DNA of 36,759 nucleotides from positions 1-36,759 of the forward strand of contig JBGTBZ010000111.1 of the NCBI GenBank assembly GCA_041749155.1. Reading direction: 5' to 3'. Under the pieces are notes generated by a model. It ran no database searches. It was not told the DNA's origin and was given only the letters and a program-made list of their open reading frames with translations. The DNA comes from Phycisphaerae bacterium (GTDB lineage: Bacteria > Planctomycetota > Phycisphaerae > Tepidisphaerales > Tepidisphaeraceae). Shown here piece after piece: positions 1 to 6,785 of this stretch. Positions within the stretch are counted from its first letter, which is position 1, and each line of letters opens with the position of its first letter. Both the position numbers and the translations under genes were made by a program.

Positions 1-717
1 GCCCAGGCCAAGGACGGCCGGCAGTACAGGCAGTACCACTGTGTGCGCGGGCGCGACCGGACGCAGGGATGCAAGCTCTCGACCAGCAAGAGCCTGCGGA
101 TGGTCGAGGCGGCGGTGCTGGGCTGGGTGCAGGAGCATGTGCTGAACGACGAAGCCGCTGAGCGGATCGTCGCTGAGGCCAACGCGGCCATCGAGGAGAT
201 GGTCAGGACGCCGCCGGCGGATTTGGCCTCCCTTCATAAAGAGGTGGCCCGCCTTACGGCCGAGCGCGACCGGCTGGTTGATTGCCTGGCCGGCGAGGAC
301 GACCCAGACTTGGTCGTGCCGCTCAAGCAGCGGCTGCGCGAGGCGCAGCGGCGGCTGGGCGACTTCCAGCGGCAGCTGCGGGAGGCGGAGCAGCATCATG
401 TGGAGCAGCCTCGGCGGCTGAGCGTCGAAGAGGTGCGCGATCACCTGCCGTCGATGCAGGAGCTGCTCGGTGCGGAGACAGCCGCCGCTGGGCTGGCAGT
501 GCGCAAGCTCACCGGGACGATTACGGTAACGCACGCACCTGATGCCAAGCGCGATCGGCGGCAAAGGTGGGTGCTCGCATTCCGGCCGGCCATCCTGCCA
601 CTGCAGGGTCGACTCGCCGGTGGCGCTTACAGGCGTTGCAGCAGGCTCGAGTTTCCAGAGGTGTGTTTGGAGGTCCCTAGCGCCAACCGCTCCGATGGCC
701 CGGCCCGGGGGGCATGA
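1..717 (+). CDS. Large serine recombinase, C-terminal part (5' end lies left of the window)
   Basis: Frame 1 is open from base 1. YRQYHCVRGRDRTQGC is a zinc-ribbon-like segment, followed by a long Ala/Glu/Arg/Leu coiled coil (LKQRLREAQRRLGDFQRQLREAEQ). This is the usual C-terminal layout of large serine recombinases/integrases. Confidence 0.55.
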   Translation, partial: AQAKDGRQYRQYHCVRGRDRTQGCKLSTSKSLRMVEAAVLGWVQEHVLNDEAAERIVAEANAAIEEMVRTPPADLASLHKEVARLTAERDRLVDCLAGEDDPDLVVPLKQRLREAQRRLGDFQRQLREAEQHHVEQPRRLSVEEVRDHLPSMQELLGAETAAAGLAVRKLTGTITVTHAPDAKRDRRQRWVLAFRPAILPLQGRLAGGAYRRCSRLEFPEVCLEVPSANRSDGPARGA

Positions 718-762
718 TGCCTCAACACAATGGCCTCGCGTCCGGCTGGGTGGGGCCTGACC

Positions 763-1062
763 CTATTCGGGCGGAAGGTCATCTACGGCAGCCGAAACCC
801 TCGTCCGCCGGATCCGCGGCAAGGCGCTGTCGATCAGCTCGATACCCACCTTCCCCGCCTCGCGCAGCGCCTCGCCGGTGAATGTGACACTGGTGACGAG
901 CACCCCTCGGACCCCGGAGGCTTGCCCTCCGGCCACGACGCCCGCCAGCTCACGCATGGCGTTCACCTTCACCTGGCGCACCTTGTCGTGGTTGCACTGA
1001 AGGGGCATGCTCCTGACGGATGAGAGCGGGGCCGACAGTTGAGCGCCCAACGTGAACCGCAC
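763..1062 (-). pseudogene. Mrr-type (PD-(D/E)xK) restriction endonuclease, C-terminal remnant
   Basis: LQCNHDKVRQVKVNAMRELAGV...GVLVTSVTFTGEALREAGKVGIELIDSALP matches the C-terminal half of Mrr_cat domains (QxK ... vTts.Ft..A ... i.LiDg). The N-terminal half with the acidic catalytic residues is missing, and the QxK lysine is Asn. Confidence 0.5.
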
Positions 1063-1503
1063 TCACTTCAGCCTTATAAATGCTTTGACCCTAGCCCACC
1101 GGCTCTGTACTGGAATCGCCGGGGTCGGCATGAATGTGGCCGGTTCTAAAACCGGCGACGGAGTAACAAAGTCCTGGTCGCGCGTGCGCCGGTCGTTCGC
1201 ACGTGCGGCTGCCACGCGTTCATTGGTCCACGGCTGTGCCCAAAGAATGCGATTGCCGCGAATCCAGTAGTGAGACCTGCAGGGAAGGCTCCAACTGCCG
1301 ACCGAGGGATTGATCCAGATAGACTCGCCGTCGAACGTCAGCCGCCACTGCGTGGGGCTCAGCGGGAGATACACTGTTCTCCCGCAGCCACAGCAGCAGC
1401 GATGCGCCGTCGTCCTGTACTCCATCGCGACGTAGAGGACGCCCTCATCGAGCGTCTCGGGGATGAACTCGACGAAGATCGGCCGGAGGTGGCTTTGCTT
1501 CAC
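1063..1503 (-). CDS. Small 4-Cys zinc-ribbon protein, DUF6527-like; third gene of the Ubl cassette
   Basis: The GTG start overlaps the E1 stop (GTGA). The motif pair HRCCCGCG ... NPSVGSWSLPCRSHYWIRGNRILW is what I recall for DUF6527 proteins, which are annotated next to ThiF and multiubiquitin genes. Confidence 0.7.
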   Translation of the reverse strand: MKQSHLRPIFVEFIPETLDEGVLYVAMEYRTTAHRCCCGCGRTVYLPLSPTQWRLTFDGESIWINPSVGSWSLPCRSHYWIRGNRILWAQPWTNERVAAARANDRRTRDQDFVTPSPVLEPATFMPTPAIPVQSRWARVKAFIRLK

Positions 1504-2690
1504 GGGATCTCATCTCCCCGGGTCAGGGCCTGAGCCTCCACGCCGTACGTGCAATGGTGTTCCTTGGCAACGTCTGCATAGAAGCCGCGCAGTTTTTTCC
1601 ATCTGACGACAGCCAGCGCGGCATTCAACGCGTTGAGCTCGGCAATCTGGATGTTCTGGCGGTACTCGTTCTGTTCACTTCGATCCGCAAACGACGCGCG
1701 AGCTCCGAGTCCCCCGGCTCGCCCAGGCATACTGGCGGTGACGCGAACAATTCCGCCCAGGCTGCCGTCGCTGGCGTACAGGCCCATCCCCGTGTCCACG
1801 TAAGGAACACCCCAGGCTTCGAGGGCACCGGCGATGAGCTTGCGCGACGGACCGTCATCGATGCAGATGAACACGAAGGTCATCGGCCGCAGTGATTCGA
1901 TGTTGTCGGCGTCGACGAGGTGCGGGTGCGGCACGACACGTCGGTGCATGTTCGAGTAAATCGCCGTAAGATAATCGGCCTTCTTCGGCTTGGCGCGCAG
2001 AACTTCAAGCGATGCCGCGCCCGGGGAGCGAAACGCGTTATGGGTCAGTTGCTCGTCGCCATCGAAGAGATGGATGTCCTGGACGGGTGTCTTGGCGACG
2101 AAGTCCAGCACGTACGAACCGGTCCCGCCAAGGCCTACGATCGCGACGCGCTCGCCAGCCAGCTTCGCGGCGATCGCCGCGATGTCAGCGCGGCTGGAGG
2201 CCGTATCGGCGTAGTGGAAAGGTGACGCACCCTCCTTGGCATCCGTCGCCGGCGGCGAGAATGATCGGGCCTTCACCGACGGATCAACCACCCGAGCCTG
2301 GCCCGTGAGAATCGCGCAATAGGTTGTGGCCTGATGGTAATAGTTGTCGTACCGTCCCGTTTCTTTCGGCTTCGCCGAGAATGAGTGCCGGGCGGGGAGT
2401 CCCGGCGCAAGCTCAGTGTCGCTGCTCGTGTGCCGGATCTTCTCGATCGGGGTGCCGTCGGCGTTGCAAGGGTAATCGCCATCAAAATGGGCGACGTGCG
2501 TGCTTGGGGCCGTGGTCTGGTCTCCGGCGAGGTCTAGCTTGAAGATAAGTGTGCCGCGCTTGACGGCGCGGCCGTCGCCCACGTAGGGCACGTCGCGGAC
2601 CACGAGGTATCCTGACTGGACCTCCACGTTGTACCCCTCGTCGCGAAGCCGCCGGAGGTCGTCGTTACGATCGATCAGTTTCTGTGACAA
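1500..2690 (-). CDS. ThiF/E1-like adenylyltransferase with an N-terminal E2-like domain
   Basis: Rossmann/ATP motifs VAIVGLGGTGSYVLDF and LFDGDEQLTHNAFRSPG are typical of E1/ThiF/MoeB. The N-terminal ~170 aa (LIDRNDDLRRLRDEGYNVEVQSGYLVVRDVPYV ... THVAHFDGDYPCNADGTPI) carry a His...Pro-Cys arrangement reminiscent of the E2 HPN...Cys site. I chose the TTG start at 2690 (MSQKLIDRND...). The ORF is open up to 2822, so the start is uncertain. Confidence 0.8.
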   Translation of the reverse strand: MSQKLIDRNDDLRRLRDEGYNVEVQSGYLVVRDVPYVGDGRAVKRGTLIFKLDLAGDQTTAPSTHVAHFDGDYPCNADGTPIEKIRHTSSDTELAPGLPARHSFSAKPKETGRYDNYYHQATTYCAILTGQARVVDPSVKARSFSPPATDAKEGASPFHYADTASSRADIAAIAAKLAGERVAIVGLGGTGSYVLDFVAKTPVQDIHLFDGDEQLTHNAFRSPGAASLEVLRAKPKKADYLTAIYSNMHRRVVPHPHLVDADNIESLRPMTFVFICIDDGPSRKLIAGALEAWGVPYVDTGMGLYASDGSLGGIVRVTASMPGRAGGLGARASFADRSEQNEYRQNIQIAELNALNAALAVVRWKKLRGFYADVAKEHHCTYGVEAQALTRGDEIP

Positions 2691-3399
2691 GAAACACCAT
2701 CCTGTTCTTGACGAGGACCGAGCCGCCAGCAACGAGCTCCCCCTCGCGGTTGGCCTTCGGGCCGCGGCTGTACATGACTGTGTAAAGGATGAACGGCTCC
2801 GTCCGCACTGGGTTGAAGGCAAGCGGAAGCACCTGCTCGAACGAAATGGTGCGCCCCCTCCACTCGCGCGGGCGCGCGTTCACGATGATCGTGACCTTGC
2901 GCTCGGTAGTCGGTCGCGTCAAGAACACGGGGCCGTCGGCGAAGCGCACGTTGTCATCGTCGTCGAGCAGCTCATCGAGCGGCGACTCGGAGTCGCGGAG
3001 CAAGTCCGTGTCGTCGTCTACCTCAAAAAGTGCGCGGAGGCTGGCGACGGTCTGATTGCTGCGGGTGACAATCTCCCAGCTGTCGTTGAGCACAAAGGCG
3101 AGCTTCGGGTCCGCATTCGATCGGACGATGTCCTGCTGAGCGCCGCCCGCTATGAGGCGGAACACGTTGCCCTCCGCGAGGTCGACGATCTCGGTCGCCT
3201 TGAAGCCGACATCGTGCCGGCTGTTGTAGTCGCGGACCAGCGTGGCGTTCGGGGGAGCAGATGCCTGGTACAGGATATCGGCAGCCGACAGGCGCTGTCG
3301 CGGCATGGGAACGAGCTTGTCGTCAACAACTGCTGCCCAACGCGGGCTGCCGCTGCCGCGATCCTGCTCAGAAGCACGTAACACGACTTGTTCTGCCAT
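2665..3399 (-). CDS. Multiubiquitin-type protein with about three tandem beta-grasp (Ubl) repeats
   Basis: Three repeats of similar length each end in a hydrophobic strand motif (NVFRLI / GPVFLTRP / NRMVFLVTETDRS), as in the 'multiubiquitin' family. The ATG at 3399 is preceded by AAGAGG. The long upstream part of the 2665..4203 ORF overlaps an opposite-strand gene and has no homology signal. Confidence 0.7.
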   Translation of the reverse strand: MAEQVVLRASEQDRGSGSPRWAAVVDDKLVPMPRQRLSAADILYQASAPPNATLVRDYNSRHDVGFKATEIVDLAEGNVFRLIAGGAQQDIVRSNADPKLAFVLNDSWEIVTRSNQTVASLRALFEVDDDTDLLRDSESPLDELLDDDDNVRFADGPVFLTRPTTERKVTIIVNARPREWRGRTISFEQVLPLAFNPVRTEPFILYTVMYSRGPKANREGELVAGGSVLVKNRMVFLVTETDRS

Positions 3400-3492
3400 G
3401 GTGACAACCTCTTGGTCCAATGACCCGTTTTGAAGACCCACCTGAACCGCGCCTGCCGCGTCGGCTTGCCACGCTGCTTGCCGTTCTCGCCA

Positions 3493-3511
3493 CGGTTCAT
3501 AAGATGAACCG
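3493..3511. promoter_or_regulatory. Perfect palindrome CGGTTCAT-AAG-ATGAACCG in the divergent intergenic region; candidate operator
   Basis: 8-bp perfect inverted arms with a 3-nt spacer, read directly. It lies between the multiubiquitin start (3399) and the sigma-like gene (3670). Confidence 0.35.
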
Positions 3512-3669
3512 ACTGTTGGCGGTCTCCGGCACAGAGCGCGGGCCGCTATGACCTCTTGCCGACCAGCACGAGCAGATCGCCACCTTCGTCCGATTTTTTT
3601 CTCCTTGCCGGCGAATTGAACTTCCAGAGTGGCATCAGGGGGTAGAGGCGGCGCCCTAGGGAAGGTACT

Positions 3670-4290
3670 TTGCAGGAGCTCCTTGACCTCAGCAGCGAAG
3701 CGCAAGAAACGCTCCTCAAACGGCTTACGCATCACGCTCTGTGCAAGATGCGACGCCTGACGTGGCGCGGCGCTTACGTTGCGCGCGGCGGATCGGTCCC
3801 CGGCGGGTACGAGCCGTATGACTTCGCCATCGACGCGATCAAAAAGGCGATGGATGGAACCAGGCCGTGGAACCGTGCGGAGTACAAGACGCTGGAGGGC
3901 TTTCTTCGCTCGATCATCAACAGCGACATCAGCCACCTGGTCGAATCCGTGGATAACTCCACTGGCCGGAGGCTGGGACCGCAGTCGGGCAAGGACGAGA
4001 CGGTCGGGGCGTACGTTGCTCCCAGCACTGAGCCGGACCCCTTGATCGTGCTGATCGACAAGGAATGGCAGGGTCGTTTCCACGAAGCCGCAATTAAGGA
4101 GCTGAAGGGAGAGGAGTTCCTGATCAAGCTGCTGGAATGCATGGAGGCCGAGATTACCGAGCCCCGAGAGATCGCCGAGCTGCTCGGGACGACCGTCGAT
4201 CAAGTGAACAATGAGAAGAAGAAACTACGCCGCAGGCTCAGCGAACTGCATACGCGCATAAAGCCAGCGGAGAAACGGACACGCTTATGA
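3670..4290 (+). CDS. Sigma-70/ECF-like protein (region 2-like and region 4 HTH)
   Basis: LEGFLRSIINSDISHLVES resembles sigma region 2. EPREIAELLGTTVDQVNNEKKKLRRRL is a typical region 4.2 HTH. The TTG at 3670 is only the first possible start, so the true start is uncertain. Confidence 0.55.
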   Translation: MQELLDLSSEAQETLLKRLTHHALCKMRRLTWRGAYVARGGSVPGGYEPYDFAIDAIKKAMDGTRPWNRAEYKTLEGFLRSIINSDISHLVESVDNSTGRRLGPQSGKDETVGAYVAPSTEPDPLIVLIDKEWQGRFHEAAIKELKGEEFLIKLLECMEAEITEPREIAELLGTTVDQVNNEKKKLRRRLSELHTRIKPAEKRTRL

Positions 4291-4724
4291 GCGATCTGCA
4301 AGTCCATAACAAAGAGGTGTGGGACCGGCTGTTTGACCTGCTCTACGCATGTGACGAATCCGTAACTGATTCCGAGGTAGACACCGACCTGCAGCACGCC
4401 GGGATCGACATGCGGCCGGCGTTCCGGCGCATGCACGAAATGATTGAGCAGGCGAAAGCTCGGCAACAGTTCGCAGATGCTCGCGACACACGGCAATTGA
4501 TGATGGATAGGCTCCGCGCCGTGGTTGGCCCGAAAGTCACCGACCTACGCAACGGCGTGCGCGAGTTCATCGACCGTGTGTTCAGCGGCCCTGAGCAGGT
4601 GGCGCACTACCATAAGTTGGAGAAGGCCGCGAGCGAGGAGGACTTGCAATCGCTTATGGACGACTTGACCAGGCTTGCCGAGTTGCGCAAGACGAAGGAC
4701 CAGGATGGGCCCAAAGCCGAATAG
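4287..4724 (+). CDS. Hypothetical acidic helical protein (candidate anti-sigma or adaptor)
   Basis: Its ATG overlaps the stop of the sigma-like gene (ATGA), and its 3' end overlaps the ImmA start. I recognise no motif. The protein is predicted helical and charged. Confidence 0.45.
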   Translation: MSDLQVHNKEVWDRLFDLLYACDESVTDSEVDTDLQHAGIDMRPAFRRMHEMIEQAKARQQFADARDTRQLMMDRLRAVVGPKVTDLRNGVREFIDRVFSGPEQVAHYHKLEKAASEEDLQSLMDDLTRLAELRKTKDQDGPKAE

Positions 4725-5490
4725 AATCCGGGCCGCTGCCGAGGCACTGAGGTTGTGGAAGCTCTACGGACTTGAGTCGCCGAGGGACCTGGTTCTTGAG
4801 GACTTGGCCATGGCGCGGGGCATCCTGGTGATGGACGGTAGGCTCGACTCCGCGGCGGCCCGGCTGGTGCGCAGCGGCGACATTGGAATTGCCAGGATCA
4901 GCGACCGTATCCGCGAGCCAGGTCGGCGGAAGTTCGCTATCGCGCACGAAATCGGCCATTGGGAACTGCACAAGAAACACTCGCATCTGCTGGCGTGCAC
5001 CGACGAGGACATGCTCGCCCGGTACGGCGCAAGCCCGCTGGAGACTGAGGCGAGCGTCTTCGCGGGTTCATTGCTGATGCCCGATTACCTGTTTGTTGAG
5101 CGCGTGGATGGGCGACGACCAACGCGGGCGGTGATTAACGACTTGTGCGACTACTTCGGCACCACATTCACTGCCACCGCGTTGCGTTACGTCGAGACGT
5201 CGAACGACTACTACGTCTTTGTGCTGGCTGAGAACAACCGCGTCCGCTGGTGGCGGGCGAGCGATTCGTTCGGCGAGCATAAGCTGTGGATCGACAACAA
5301 GACCGTGCTGCCTAGAGACAGCGCCGCCGCGTCCTTCTTCCGTGGCGAGTCCGTGCCACCTGACCCCCAGCCCATGGATCTCCGCGCCTGGCTCGGCAAC
5401 TTGCCTAGTATCGAATCGGACACAATCATCGAGCAGACCTTTCCCCTTCCTGCATACGGCCAAGTTGTTAGCATTTTGTGGTTGCCTTAG
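4705..5490 (+). CDS. ImmA/IrrE-family zinc metallopeptidase (DUF955) with a C-terminal domain
   Basis: The FAIAHEIGHWELH HExxH motif followed by ETEASVFAGSLLMP is the ImmA/IrrE signature. The ATG at 4705 (MGPKPNRIRAAAEAL) is in frame with the 4675 ORF. Confidence 0.85.
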   Translation: MGPKPNRIRAAAEALRLWKLYGLESPRDLVLEDLAMARGILVMDGRLDSAAARLVRSGDIGIARISDRIREPGRRKFAIAHEIGHWELHKKHSHLLACTDEDMLARYGASPLETEASVFAGSLLMPDYLFVERVDGRRPTRAVINDLCDYFGTTFTATALRYVETSNDYYVFVLAENNRVRWWRASDSFGEHKLWIDNKTVLPRDSAAASFFRGESVPPDPQPMDLRAWLGNLPSIESDTIIEQTFPLPAYGQVVSILWLP

Positions 5491-6785
5491 GGCTCAGCGG
5501 CGGATTGGCGGCGTGCCTCGTGAACGCCGACAGGTACTGTGCTGTGAGCACCACCTGTGCGTACCGGTTCCGTGGCGTCGATCGGATGGTGTTGTGGACT
5601 GGCTGAAGAGCCCCCCCATGCCGTTGCCAAGAGAGTGACAATAGCTCGGACGTTAGGAATTCCGGTCGAGGGGTCGCGCCCGATCGGTCGTGCTTTGACC
5701 TCATGCCAGAGCTGTTGTGCGCTAGCGGGCGCATCCTGATAGCGGACAAAGAACAGCGATTGATGCCGCTCATGCAGTGAACGCCAATCGGCTCGTTTCA
5801 ACCAGTCGGGCTTCGGGTCAGCGATGATGACGGCCGCCGACGCTGCCGCTGCAGCATCGAAGGCTTCGCGAGCTGTTCCTGGTGCCCACCGTGCTTTGGG
5901 TGGGGCGACGGACACCGCAACAAGTAACTTCGCCTGGACCAGATGCTCAACCCATTTGGGCAAGCGCTCGGACATGAGCCCTCGCGGAACCCAAGCTACA
6001 ACCTTTGTTCCCTGAGCAATCGCAGATTCGATCACCTCACGCGTTCGGTTGCCAGTCAGGATGAAAGCTAAGACGACTGAAGTTTGATGCGCGAGGGCTT
6101 CCGCCAGAGCCCGAACCACGACGGCCTCACGCTCAGCAGGCTTGAATGATGACACAAGCGCTACTGTCGCGAATCGAAGCAGTTCTGATGGTCCGTGATA
6201 GAACACCCGACGGGCATGTGTTTCGCGAAGGCCATCGGGATACAAAGGGTTATCGGGGTCCAACGCGCCCACATCAGCGCGTTCAAGTTCATCTGGGTCG
6301 ATCTGCTGGTCAGCCTCGGGGACCTTCGCCCCGATTGCGCGGGAATCCTTGGGCTCAAACACGCTGACTATCGCCGGAGTGTCGCTCAGGTAAGTTTGAA
6401 TCATCGCGGACACGCGGCCCCAATCCAGCCCACCGTGCCCGCAACCGAGAGCCGGCAATGCGACCGAAACCCCGACGTAATCCTTCAGGTATTCCCGAAG
6501 CGCTTCGAGACCCGCTTTAATGTCCTCGTATCGCGACTTGTCGCGCCAATGCCGCTTCGTGGGGAAGTTGATAACCCAGTCGCCGTGGAGGCGCTTCCAA
6601 ACGTGCAGCTTTCCCGGCTTGATACGGCCGGCTTCGCACTCGCGCTTATACTCGCGGAACATCTCGGGGTAGCGTTCCTTGAACGCGAGCGCAACCCCGG
6701 CCCCCATCACGCCTACGCAGTTGACGGTGTTCACGCGCGCGTCGAAGGCGCGACCGAACATGTCGCCTGAAGTGAACTCGATCAT
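5487..6785 (-). CDS. darG: DarG-like macrodomain fused to a DprA/SLOG-like Rossmann domain
   Basis: The N-terminus NTVNCVGVMGAGVALAFKERYPEMF ... WVINFPTKRHWRDKSRYEDIKAGL ... ALPALGCGHGGLDW is near-canonical DarG macrodomain. The C-terminal half (TVALVSSFKP ... VLAFILTGNRTREVIESAIAQGTKVVAWVPRGL ... LLVAVSVAPP ... AVIIAD) has the strand/helix pattern of DprA/SLOG folds. Confidence 0.8.
   Translation of the reverse strand: MIEFTSGDMFGRAFDARVNTVNCVGVMGAGVALAFKERYPEMFREYKRECEAGRIKPGKLHVWKRLHGDWVINFPTKRHWRDKSRYEDIKAGLEALREYLKDYVGVSVALPALGCGHGGLDWGRVSAMIQTYLSDTPAIVSVFEPKDSRAIGAKVPEADQQIDPDELERADVGALDPDNPLYPDGLRETHARRVFYHGPSELLRFATVALVSSFKPAEREAVVVRALAEALAHQTSVVLAFILTGNRTREVIESAIAQGTKVVAWVPRGLMSERLPKWVEHLVQAKLLVAVSVAPPKARWAPGTAREAFDAAAAASAAVIIADPKPDWLKRADWRSLHERHQSLFFVRYQDAPASAQQLWHEVKARPIGRDPSTGIPNVRAIVTLLATAWGGSSASPQHHPIDATEPVRTGGAHSTVPVGVHEARRQSAAEP

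Noticed and set aside
2665-4203. A 512-aa minus-strand ORF suggesting a very large multiubiquitin protein
   Set aside because: Only the part downstream of the ATG at 3399 has beta-grasp repeat character and a Shine-Dalgarno. The upstream 800 nt runs antisense through the sigma-like gene and the intergenic region, and is the usual open shadow frame of high-GC DNA.
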